Shown here in pieces: positions 26,676-35,151 of a stretch of DNA of 64,000 nucleotides. The stretch spans positions 35,388-99,387 of the forward strand of contig JACPIF010000003.1 of NCBI GenBank assembly GCA_016188215.1, in the 5' to 3' direction. This DNA comes from Candidatus Woesearchaeota archaeon. Its GTDB lineage: Archaea > Nanobdellota > Nanobdellia > Woesearchaeales > JACPIF01. The notes beneath the pieces are model-generated. The model saw only the letters and a program-made list of their open reading frames with translations, did no database searches and was not told where the DNA came from. Every line of letters starts with the position of its first letter. The stretch's first letter is position 1. The position numbers and the translations under genes were made by a program.

Positions 26676-27300
26676 TATTTTGACCTAATTCCTGCTTTAA
26701 TCCATTGACAGCTCCATTAAATCTTGCCAGACTAACCCGCGCATATATATCAGTTTCTACTAAAAGCGTTACATCAATTGTAGGCTCTCTTACAAAGCCA
26801 AATCTAGTCCTTAAAGCATCAAATGCCGTGCCAGGATCTGGAGCTGCTTTATAAATTTGTATTTTTGCGAATAAAGGAATTCCGGAATATCCATTACCAG
26901 ATTTTGTCAAATATCCTTGAATAGAATACCAACTCCCGCCTGGCATAAGTTCAATGCGGGCATCTTGTGCTAACATCTCAGCAATTTCGGGGATTTCAGT
27001 ATCAATAAATCCCACTGGTGAAGGTTTTAACACCACCTGACCATCTCTGGAAATTATTTGGACAATTCCCGAAAATCCAGATCTTTTCTCATGAGGTGGC
27101 TTAAACCCTTGGGCACTTAGAGCATTACTGTATAGTACAACCTGCCAGTGGACTTCAGGAAAAGACGTGCATGCCTTTTTAGTTTCAAATGTATTAAAAA
27201 ATACAGGTTCATTAGGATCAATCCCAAGAACTCTTCTATTCCATACCCCCGCAATGTATTGACCAGCGACATCCAAAAAACTCAACCCAACACCACCCAA
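26656..27300 (-). CDS. hypothetical protein (214 aa)
   Basis: ORF overlapping the downstream gene by 20 nt (operon-like). Confidence 0.55.
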   Translation of the reverse strand: MGGVGLSFLDVAGQYIAGVWNRRVLGIDPNEPVFFNTFETKKACTSFPEVHWQVVLYSNALSAQGFKPPHEKRSGFSGIVQIISRDGQVVLKPSPVGFIDTEIPEIAEMLAQDARIELMPGGSWYSIQGYLTKSGNGYSGIPLFAKIQIYKAAPDPGTAFDALRTRFGFVREPTIDVTLLVETDIYARVSLARFNGAVNGLKQELGQNNGTKTT

Positions 27301-27348
27301 AACTTGCTAATTAGTTACTTTCCGAACTTCTTTATAAACTTTATTGTG

Positions 27349-28191
27349 CTACAAATCAAGTCGTTTTATTTCAACAGAGATAGCGTTCTCATTAACCCTG
27401 ATATATCTAGGACATTCGCTATACTCATATCCATTTCTTTTGCAGTAATCTATAAGCTGCTGCTTCACAGTATCATCCTCATACTTCACGATGACCACGA
27501 TCCCCATCTTGTCCTTATGGATAATATCAAATCCATCAAGCTCATACTTTACCTTGCCTACTTCCTTGTACAATGCAGCAAGCCGCTCAGGTGCTTTTTG
27601 CAATGCTGCAATCACCTTTTCCTGCTGTTGCGCATCAAAGCTGTATATTGCCGGATTTTCCAACCGTGCTGCATCTATGACTTCCTTTAATCTGCCGACA
27701 AATCCCTTGCTTCTTGCGCTGATAAACCCTCCATAGCCTGCATTAGCTACTTTCCACTTCCCAAAGCTGCACACAAAGAAATCAGCAGCATCAGCAGTGT
27801 ACATGTACTCATCTGAGATGCAGCCAGAAATGTCCATAATGACAAAGCATCCATTTCTCTTGCAAATCTCATATATCTCATGAAACGGCTGCCCTGCACA
27901 GTAGCCTGAAGGATTAGCATAGATTAATGCGGCAGCGCGTTTCGCCTTCTCTTCCAGGTCGTGCAAATCAATGACGCCATAGCCTGTCTTGACTTGTACT
28001 GTCCTTAGCCCCAATCTCTCAGGATACTCAAGAAAGGTCTTCCATCCGCCTTGGTCCTGCACCAGTATAGGACCTTGCTTCAGCAAGGAAACTGTTTTCA
28101 GCGCAACCCAGATTGCAGCATTCCCTCTTGCAGTAAGGAATATGTTGTCATGGCCGGTATACTTCCTTATTAGTTCAAGGATTTCTTCCAT
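27349..28191 (-). CDS. PLP-dependent enzyme, aminotransferase-fold-like (280 aa)
   Basis: 'GNAAIWVAL', 'DISGCISDEY', and a putative Schiff-base lysine in 'SFGKWK'. Confidence 0.5.
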   Translation of the reverse strand: MEEILELIRKYTGHDNIFLTARGNAAIWVALKTVSLLKQGPILVQDQGGWKTFLEYPERLGLRTVQVKTGYGVIDLHDLEEKAKRAAALIYANPSGYCAGQPFHEIYEICKRNGCFVIMDISGCISDEYMYTADAADFFVCSFGKWKVANAGYGGFISARSKGFVGRLKEVIDAARLENPAIYSFDAQQQEKVIAALQKAPERLAALYKEVGKVKYELDGFDIIHKDKMGIVVIVKYEDDTVKQQLIDYCKRNGYEYSECPRYIRVNENAISVEIKRLDL

Positions 28192-28211
28192 TCAAAAGCC
28201 GCAATCAAAAG

Positions 28212-28223
28212 TATTTATATAAT
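28212..28223 (+). promoter_or_regulatory. TATA box for the 28244 gene
   Basis: 'tatttatataat' centred about 27 bp upstream of the ATG. Confidence 0.5.
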
Positions 28224-28243
28224 CTTTTGTTTTCCTTGCCTGC

Positions 28244-28720
28244 ATGAGCCTGCAGGAATACAAGTTTCCGGATTCTTACGAGCAGTTGCGTGCAGCAGAG
28301 CAACTCAATAAGTTGAGAATCATCAGCAACGAGCTGAACCTTAGCGAAAAATCAATATTATTAGACATAGGTTGCGGCACGGGCTTGTCACGCAAGGTTT
28401 TCAATTGCAATATTGTAGGCGTTGATCCTGAGCCAGCACTTCTCCGCAAAGCGCCCCTGCACAAGAGCCTGGCCCGCGCAGAATCATTGCCTTTCAAAGA
28501 CAAGACATTTGACGCGGTGATTGCAGTGACTTCATTGCATAATGTGGAAGATATCCACAAAGCATTGGCTGAAATAAAGAGGGTTGGCAGGGGGAAGTTC
28601 GCCTTCACCATCTTGCGGAAATCACAGAAGCATGATTCAATTGTCACTGATATCACAAGGCTGTTTAATATTACTGACATCATTGAAGAGAAGGCAGATA
28701 CTATCCTGGTACAGCACTAA
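28244..28720 (+). CDS. class I SAM-dependent methyltransferase (158 aa)
   Basis: Motif I 'LLDIGCGTGL'; acidic residue after beta-2 in 'VGVDPEP'; 'FDAVIAVTSLH'. Confidence 0.85.
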   Translation: MSLQEYKFPDSYEQLRAAEQLNKLRIISNELNLSEKSILLDIGCGTGLSRKVFNCNIVGVDPEPALLRKAPLHKSLARAESLPFKDKTFDAVIAVTSLHNVEDIHKALAEIKRVGRGKFAFTILRKSQKHDSIVTDITRLFNITDIIEEKADTILVQH

Positions 28721-28772
28721 CTCAAACAAATAAGTATATATACTTGTTTTCTGAGAAATTGACCAAGGAATC

Positions 28773-28964
28773 ATGAAACAGCACCTGAAGTCAGTGGGAC
28801 AATTCTTCCTGACATATCTGAGGAGCCTCAACCCTACATCCTACTTAGAACTATATACAAGGATGCATCGCAACATGCTGCACTTTTTCTTCTCGCTTAT
28901 CTTTGTGGCCATGGTAGCACTGTTGGTGCTTTCCCTGCCGAAAATGGTCCTGTTTCCCTCATAA
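28773..28964 (+). CDS. small membrane protein (63 aa); in the same frame as 29001..29576, separated by a single TAA
   Basis: One TM helix; the two ORFs may be one interrupted gene. Confidence 0.4.
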   Translation: MKQHLKSVGQFFLTYLRSLNPTSYLELYTRMHRNMLHFFFSLIFVAMVALLVLSLPKMVLFPS

Positions 28965-29000
28965 CTGGACAAGCAGCTTGACAAGTTCCAGAAGCTGGAG

Positions 29001-29576
29001 GTGAAGCCGGATATAGTCATGACTGCTCCAATATTCTTCACCGATTCCCAGCCGCTCATAATCATTGACACCTCAGGCACCATAACATCGCTTGAGAACC
29101 TGCCTGCAAAAATCCTCATAACTGACAAGAAGATACAATTCAGGTCTTCATTGGCGAGCATCTATGAAGCTGACATCTCAGGCTATTCAAATGTGATTCA
29201 GCACCGGGTGGAGATCAAGCGGTTCCTGATATACCTCATTATTGTTGCACTGCCAACCATCCTGTTCATACTTTACCTGTTGTTAACTATCAAATACCTT
29301 ATCCTTATCCTGCTTGCCATACCGATAGCATTCGCTATAACGCGTGCATTCAGGAGCAATATCATGTTCAGGAGCGTAATCCGCGTTGTCTTTTATGCGT
29401 CAGCAGTAATGATTACCCTGGATGTGCTCACCATGACCTTCGGCATCGGAAAATACTTCTATGCAATTCCCTTTATCCTTGGCCTGGACCTCTATATAGT
29501 ATCCCTGCTGGCTTTTATAGTTTATATCAGCATTGGAATCGTCTTGGTAGCTGCAAGGGAGCGGTATGATTCCTAG
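29001..29576 (+). CDS. polytopic membrane protein (191 aa)
   Basis: Four hydrophobic helices. Confidence 0.65.
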   Translation: MKPDIVMTAPIFFTDSQPLIIIDTSGTITSLENLPAKILITDKKIQFRSSLASIYEADISGYSNVIQHRVEIKRFLIYLIIVALPTILFILYLLLTIKYLILILLAIPIAFAITRAFRSNIMFRSVIRVVFYASAVMITLDVLTMTFGIGKYFYAIPFILGLDLYIVSLLAFIVYISIGIVLVAARERYDS

Positions 29577-29629
29577 GGCAATGTTTATATACCATTTCTC
29601 AGTAAAGCAGTAGTAAGTAAGTTAACTGA

Positions 29630-29727
29630 CTTTGAAACTAGCAACTCCAGAGAAACGCTTTGCGTTTCTTGGCCAAGGAACTTTCAGTTCCTCTGGGGTC
29701 ACACGGGCGGCGCGCAGCGCCGTGCAA
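29630..29727. repeat. modular intergenic hairpin repeat, copy F
   Basis: Hairpin gaaacgc-ttt-gcgtttc (a T-A to C-G compensatory variant of cgaaatgc-ttt-gcatttcg at 45197); 'cttggccaaggaac-tttcag-ttcctctgg', which is the 14521 module in inverse orientation; hairpin ggcgc-gca-gcgcc. Confidence 0.65.
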
Positions 29728-29758
29728 ATTATCAAAATTTTAAAATTCAGATAAACAA

Positions 29759-30154
29759 ATGGCAACTGAAGACGAAATTTATAACATGGCTGTTTCTCTG
29801 GGCAAGACCGGTGTAGCTGCCAACATGACCGAGTCATTGGCCCTTGCACGCAGCCTGCTTTCGCACCAGGAGGAGAAGGCAAAGCTGAAGGAAGAGCTGA
29901 AGCAGAAAGAGCTTCAGGAACGCTTGTCAAGGCCTTTTATCCTGCCGCCAGTTAGGCTTGGAGTAGAGGGAGAGATTGACCTGAGCAAGCCATTGAATGA
30001 ATTATTGGCAGAGCCTGTTGAAAGGCCTCAGGTACCTGCTCCTCAGCCAAATGCTAAGGTTGCATCAGAAAAAACTCAGCAAACGCAGGATAATTCAGCG
30101 CAAAATAATTCTCAAGAAGCGCCTAATCTTTTTAATGCTTTTAAAACTAAATAG
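29759..30154 (+). CDS. hypothetical charged protein (131 aa)
   Basis: ORF with an A/T-rich box about 20 bp upstream. Confidence 0.5.
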   Translation: MATEDEIYNMAVSLGKTGVAANMTESLALARSLLSHQEEKAKLKEELKQKELQERLSRPFILPPVRLGVEGEIDLSKPLNELLAEPVERPQVPAPQPNAKVASEKTQQTQDNSAQNNSQEAPNLFNAFKTK

Positions 30155-30222
30155 GATGCTATCACTACTCATAAATAACGAATGCCATAACCTTTAAATA
30201 CCATAAGCTTCTCTACAATACT

Positions 30223-31581
30223 ATGAAGATTCAGGCTATAGTGTTGGGCTTATTCGTAATATTATTTGCATCTGTAGCCACAGCTTTGCTGTCAATTAAC
30301 CCATATCCGGTATACCTTGGAGACTCTTTGAGGGGCGTTAACTTTACAGGCAACACATTCAACATCACAAACACCGCAAGCACAGCTATAAGCAGTGTTT
30401 CCATCAGCTCAGATGCGGCCTCTAAATACAGGCTAACATTTAACACAACAAGCATTTCAAGCCTTGGAGCAGGCAGCACAGCAACTATTGCTTATAATCT
30501 ATCAATACCTACAGATGAGCCCATAGGCAACCGCTCTCTTGCATCATTAAATGTGTCAGCAGGCACTGTATCTAACTCAACTTCATTCATGGCAAATGTA
30601 AAGGGCAGGCTTAATATTAAGGATGTTGATGTAACCATTGATGGAAAAGGCTCATCAAACATGCAGGATGGAGGAAAGATTACACAGGATGCAAAGCCCC
30701 GCTCACGGGTAAAGTTTGAAGTTGACATTGAAAACCTGTTTGACAAATCGCAGCATGATATAGATATTGAGGATGTCCAGGTTACAATAACCATAGAAGA
30801 GATAGATGATGGCGACGACATAGAATTAGAATCAGGCACTTTTGACATAAATGCAGGAAGGACAAAGATATTTGAGCTTTCTTTTGAGGTGCCTGAAATC
30901 ACAGCAGAAGGGGCTTATGACGTAAAGATTCTTGCAGAAGGGATAACGGATGAGGATGCTGAAGAACAGCAGGAAATTACTATTTTGCTGGAAGTAGAAA
31001 AACAATCTCATGATATCCATATAACACAGTCAAAGCTTGATCCAGCAACTATAGTCTGCTCCGGCCAGGCAAAGCTTGACATTACAATCCAGAATGTAGG
31101 GGATCAGGATGAGCGATTGGCATATATCCTGGTAGAAAGCCCGGGCCTTAAATACAGGGGCCATGCAGGCGAGATTGAGCTTTTTGCGGATCCGGATGAT
31201 GAGGAGAACATCGCTTCAAGGAACTTCACCATAGCTGTACCCAGGGGAACTGAGCCAGGAAGCTACTCTATTGAAACAAGAGTTTATGATGACAACAATG
31301 ATGTTCGGGACTATAACAAGCAAATCCTCACCGTAGAATCATGCACCCAGCCAGTTACTCCTTCTAGGAATCAGACAGCTGAAACAGGCGGCACAAGGGA
31401 TTTGACAGGCGCTAATGCAAGCACTGCAGTGATTCCTATAATAAGGGAAGAGCAGCCTGAGCCGGGGTTTAGCCTTGATGCATTCAGGAAGTCTCCATTG
31501 TACTGGCCAATGCTCGGCCTTATAGCATTGGTTGTGTTCTTTGCAGTTGTTATAATCATACTTAAGATTTCAAGGAAGTAG
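30223..31581 (+). CDS. cell-surface protein with an N-terminal signal peptide and a C-terminal TM anchor (452 aa)
   Basis: Signal peptide (LGLFVILFASVATA), Thr/Ser/Asn-rich body, C-terminal 'LGLIALVVFFAVVIIIL-KISRK'; TATA-like 'ctttaaatacc' about 28 bp upstream. Confidence 0.75.
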   Translation: MKIQAIVLGLFVILFASVATALLSINPYPVYLGDSLRGVNFTGNTFNITNTASTAISSVSISSDAASKYRLTFNTTSISSLGAGSTATIAYNLSIPTDEPIGNRSLASLNVSAGTVSNSTSFMANVKGRLNIKDVDVTIDGKGSSNMQDGGKITQDAKPRSRVKFEVDIENLFDKSQHDIDIEDVQVTITIEEIDDGDDIELESGTFDINAGRTKIFELSFEVPEITAEGAYDVKILAEGITDEDAEEQQEITILLEVEKQSHDIHITQSKLDPATIVCSGQAKLDITIQNVGDQDERLAYILVESPGLKYRGHAGEIELFADPDDEENIASRNFTIAVPRGTEPGSYSIETRVYDDNNDVRDYNKQILTVESCTQPVTPSRNQTAETGGTRDLTGANASTAVIPIIREEQPEPGFSLDAFRKSPLYWPMLGLIALVVFFAVVIIILKISRK

Positions 31582-31582
31582 C

Positions 31583-32419
31583 TTAACGCGGCTCAGTCCC
31601 TGATATAGAAAGCAGGCTTCCGCTGCCTAATGCAAGCGGCATCTTCCCGTCCCATTTCTGTATGGTAAGGTAATTGATATATTGCGGGCTCTTGAGGAGC
31701 TCTTCATTGATGATTTTTATTGCTTCTGCTTCACCTTTTGCAGCTTCTATCTTCTGCTGCGCCTGGAATTGCACAACTCTTAGATTGTTCTGCTCTTTGA
31801 GTGCATTCTGCTCTGCAGTCACTTTCTGCTCAATCGCATGGTTGAATTCCGGGCTGAAGTCAAAATTAGTAATGGAAAGGTCATCCAGGATTATGTTGCT
31901 TTGTGCAAGCCGCTCAGCCAATTGCTGCTTTATCTCTTCCTTGAGTATTGCCCTTTTTGTGATAAGCTCTTCTGCGATATGCTTTGCAGTTGTTGCCTTG
32001 ACCACTTCCTGTATTGAAGGGCTTATGATTCTCTCTTCGTAACGCTCGCCGATGTTCTTGAACAGGTCATTCACCTTATCTTTTTCTATATGATAATTGA
32101 GTGCAACCTCAGTAGAGACTATCTGCAGGTCTTTTGATGCTGCAGATGCATGCGCATTGTAGATTCTTGTCCTCACTTCAAACCTGTATGGAGTCTCAAA
32201 GAAAGGCAGCTTGAAATGCAGCCCTTCTTCATATGTCTGCGGCTTGATGCCGAAAAAGCTGTTGAATATGACTCCTTTCTGCCCAGGGCCCACGACAAAG
32301 AATGAGCCATAGATAAGTGCAAATAGGACAATCCCTATGATGATATATTTTACTACCTTGAAAACAGACTTCTCATCAATCTTGCTTCCTCCTGCGTCCC
32401 AAGGCTTTTTTTCTGCCAT
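31583..32419 (-). CDS. prohibitin/SPFH (band-7) family membrane protein
   Basis: N-terminal TM helix, then a typical prohibitin core (VGPGQKGVIFN...FKLPFFETP...) and a C-terminal coiled coil (AEQNALKEQ...). Confidence 0.9.
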   Translation of the reverse strand: MAEKKPWDAGGSKIDEKSVFKVVKYIIIGIVLFALIYGSFFVVGPGQKGVIFNSFFGIKPQTYEEGLHFKLPFFETPYRFEVRTRIYNAHASAASKDLQIVSTEVALNYHIEKDKVNDLFKNIGERYEERIISPSIQEVVKATTAKHIAEELITKRAILKEEIKQQLAERLAQSNIILDDLSITNFDFSPEFNHAIEQKVTAEQNALKEQNNLRVVQFQAQQKIEAAKGEAEAIKIINEELLKSPQYINYLTIQKWDGKMPLALGSGSLLSISGTEPR

Positions 32420-32476
32420 GCTTATCCCCTGCAGTATACTTTAGAACCGAATATTTAAGCTTATTGCAATTAAAAA

Positions 32477-33319
32477 CTATTTCTGCCGCTTATGATACCC
32501 GGACTGCTCCCGCTTCTCAATGAACTTCTGCATCACGCCGACATATGCCTGCGCTTCCTTCAGGTACTTGTCATACTCCTGCCCGGAAACCTCTTTTATC
32601 TCGCGGTGCATTATCATTTTGGAAATCTTGTAGAAGTTCCGCATCACGTCAGCATAGCGCTTATCAAGCATCTTGGTCTTTACCATTTTCTCGTCAATCA
32701 GGTCTGCGACATGCTCTGGTGTCGGCGGGATCTCGCCAAGGGACATGAGCGCGGCATGGCTTGAGTCAATGACAGCCCAGTAAAGGTCAATCACTCCTTG
32801 CATCACGTGCCACTTTGAGCTGTTGACTGTCATGGGAGCCCGTGCAAAGTAAGTCCAGATGGCTTCCTGCGATGGCCTAATCCTTCCCTGACCCAGCAAA
32901 ACTTGTATCGGCTCAAAGAAACCCTCATCAATGAGCGGCACGCCGTCCCGCAGCATATTTATCACTATTGGATCGCCATTCCGTACATACTCCCAGAACG
33001 CAGTCAATCTCAGGGTTGTGATATGCAGCCTTTTGGAGACTCTTGATGCTGCATTTTCTGCAATAATCCTGTACGCGGTGATTACCTCCTTGTTCAGGAT
33101 GAGCGTGAGGTCATTCACTATTACAAGGACATCAATGTCCCGCTCATATATCTGCGTATGTGCGCTGGCTCTTGCAGCGCTGCCGAACAGGATAACTGCT
33201 TTTAGAAAATCCCCAACTTCTTTCTTCAATTCTTCGCCGAACTTCCTTGCAAGCTCATAATCTTCCTTAGAATAGCTCTTGGTATTAGGATTATCTCTTT
33301 TTTCTATCTTAAACTCCAA
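32477..33319 (-). CDS. nucleotidyltransferase-domain protein with a C-terminal HEPN-like region (280 aa)
   Basis: 'ILFGSAARASAHTQIYERDIDVLVIV' is a minimal NTase GS...DxD motif; the helical C-terminal half is HEPN-like. Confidence 0.55.
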   Translation of the reverse strand: MEFKIEKRDNPNTKSYSKEDYELARKFGEELKKEVGDFLKAVILFGSAARASAHTQIYERDIDVLVIVNDLTLILNKEVITAYRIIAENAASRVSKRLHITTLRLTAFWEYVRNGDPIVINMLRDGVPLIDEGFFEPIQVLLGQGRIRPSQEAIWTYFARAPMTVNSSKWHVMQGVIDLYWAVIDSSHAALMSLGEIPPTPEHVADLIDEKMVKTKMLDKRYADVMRNFYKISKMIMHREIKEVSGQEYDKYLKEAQAYVGVMQKFIEKREQSGYHKRQK

Positions 33320-33380
33320 TAATATCCCCTCTTTTTTATTTATAATGATGGCTATTGTTTATATATGTTACTAAATTAAA

Positions 33381-33893
33381 CTAATTAGTAAAGTGCCTAT
33401 TATCCCCGCCATATATTACTCTTGCTGTCTTTTCCACATATTCTGCAACTTTATCCTTTCCAAGTATTGCAGCTGTAATCACCCGCGTCTCATATTCACT
33501 ATCAGTATGTACGTGCTCGTGTATATTTACTTCCCCGTCCATGTCTTGCAAATCAGCAGGCTCTTGTTTCACGAGCATGCGCGAACCCAAGTATGTGTAG
33601 CCAAGCAAGCTTCCCATTTGATTTTTCCTTAAGGTGAAAATATCCTTCCAGGGAATCAGCTTAGTCATATCTTTTTTTGCGTCTTCAAACATTTTTAAGT
33701 ACATTGAAGGTTCAATAGGAATATATCTCAAAGATCCTTGTTTGTAAGCCTGATTATTAGAGACTTGCTCATGGTTTTCACTTGTATTCACAACTCCTTC
33801 CAACCCCTTGCTGAATTCCATAACCTTATGCATAACTTTTATATACTTAAATGTTTGGCTGGATATTATATCCAACGGATAAAAGAAAGACAC
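33381..33893 (-). CDS. hypothetical protein (170 aa), AT-rich
   Basis: ORF; it abuts 33895 on the opposite strand. Confidence 0.5.
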   Translation of the reverse strand: MSFFYPLDIISSQTFKYIKVMHKVMEFSKGLEGVVNTSENHEQVSNNQAYKQGSLRYIPIEPSMYLKMFEDAKKDMTKLIPWKDIFTLRKNQMGSLLGYTYLGSRMLVKQEPADLQDMDGEVNIHEHVHTDSEYETRVITAAILGKDKVAEYVEKTARVIYGGDNRHFTN

Positions 33894-33894
33894 T

Positions 33895-34404
33895 GTGGGG
33901 TTGAGTGCAATTCAAACATTTGCAGAGCTAAGCAGGTATAGGGCGCCATTTTCAGAGATTGATTCTAGCATAGTTGATTACCAGGGGAAAAAACTACCTC
34001 AAGTAAAGGCGAGAATACCTGACAAGAAGGATGGGGGCAGCCTGGAGCGCACTGTAAATTCTATTGGGCAAAGGCCTGACGGGAATTTTGTGATTGATGG
34101 CAGGGTTGCAGAGCCGTTCAAGCCGCAGTATGATGCGAGCAAAACAGTTGGATACCATCCGGCGCAAGAGCATGCGCAAGAATACCAGCAGCCCCCAGCC
34201 CTGAGGAATGATGAAGATTCTACTGCCTTATCCCATCAAAAATTACATGAGATGGCGCAGCACGATGCCTTCAAGAATATGGGATTTGTAGAAGGGAATG
34301 GGAGGCATTACACTCCCGCAGAAAAGGAAAAACGGAAACATAGGAACTATGCCCGCATGTCACCTTTATTGACCCAGATGGAATATTCTGGTGCTTTTAA
34401 TTAA
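33895..34404 (+). CDS. hypothetical protein (169 aa)
   Basis: ORF. Confidence 0.5.
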   Translation: MGLSAIQTFAELSRYRAPFSEIDSSIVDYQGKKLPQVKARIPDKKDGGSLERTVNSIGQRPDGNFVIDGRVAEPFKPQYDASKTVGYHPAQEHAQEYQQPPALRNDEDSTALSHQKLHEMAQHDAFKNMGFVEGNGRHYTPAEKEKRKHRNYARMSPLLTQMEYSGAFN

Positions 34405-34407
34405 ACC

Positions 34408-34805
34408 TGCTCAACCTACCCTCTCAAGAAACTGCTTTATCTCACTTACTTTCCGTGGATTCAAAGAAATATGCTCATTTGATCCTTTGCCAGTTCTCTT
34501 TGGCGCAAGAATAACCCACTCTGCATTTATGAGTTCTTTCAATACTTTTTCAACTGCTTTCTTTCCTTTATGAGTATTTCTATAATGCTCTGGAATTCCT
34601 TTAGTAACAAAGTCAAGAGGGATATATGTTTTCCTCCCCAGACATTCGCCCTGGCAAGCCTCTGAAGGATTAGCTTTTTCAAAATATCTGTCTCGTCCAT
34701 GCCTTTGCCTTTAGGCAACTCATTAATAATTCTTTCTTGACATTCTTGTACATCAACATACAATAAAGAAAGATTTAAATACTGTTTGGTATTATCATGC
34801 AGCAT
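34408..34805 (-). pseudogene. frameshifted gene whose 3' portion encodes a HicA-like (YcfA family) segment
   Basis: The 88-aa ORF 34539..34805 ends prematurely. The +1 frame continues as '...KAVEKVLKELINAEWVILAPKRTGKGSNEHISLNPRKVSEIKQFLERVG', which resembles HicA/YcfA mRNA interferases (G-S-H region). Confidence 0.3.
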
Positions 34806-35136
34806 GAAAGAAGAATCAATATTTTTGGACTATGTCGGGGACAGCCCAAGGATGAGAATTTTGCAGTACATAATAGAAGGCCGTGACTTTGACTATACAC
34901 TTACAGATATGCTCAATGCTGGTGTGAGCTGGGGGACGTTGAATGTTTTGGTTCCCAAACTTTTAGAACTAGGAGTTGTAATAAAAACAAGAAAAATAGG
35001 CAGGGCTACGCTTTATAAGATCAACAAAAACAATATAGCAGCTAAGCAACTCATTGATTTGTATGACAACCTAATTCTACAGGAATTAGGCCATTTGGAA
35101 AAATCTTCTAAGAAAAAGGTAAGAGTTCCTGCATAA
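34786..35136 (+). CDS. winged-helix DNA-binding protein (about 110 aa)
   Basis: 'MRILQYIIEGRDFDYTLTDMLNAGVSWGTLNVLVPKLLELGVV' is a helix-turn-helix followed by a wing; it sits in an AT-rich islet. Confidence 0.6.
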   Translation: MVLSCSMKEESIFLDYVGDSPRMRILQYIIEGRDFDYTLTDMLNAGVSWGTLNVLVPKLLELGVVIKTRKIGRATLYKINKNNIAAKQLIDLYDNLILQELGHLEKSSKKKVRVPA

Positions 35137-35151
35137 TAATTTATATGATTC

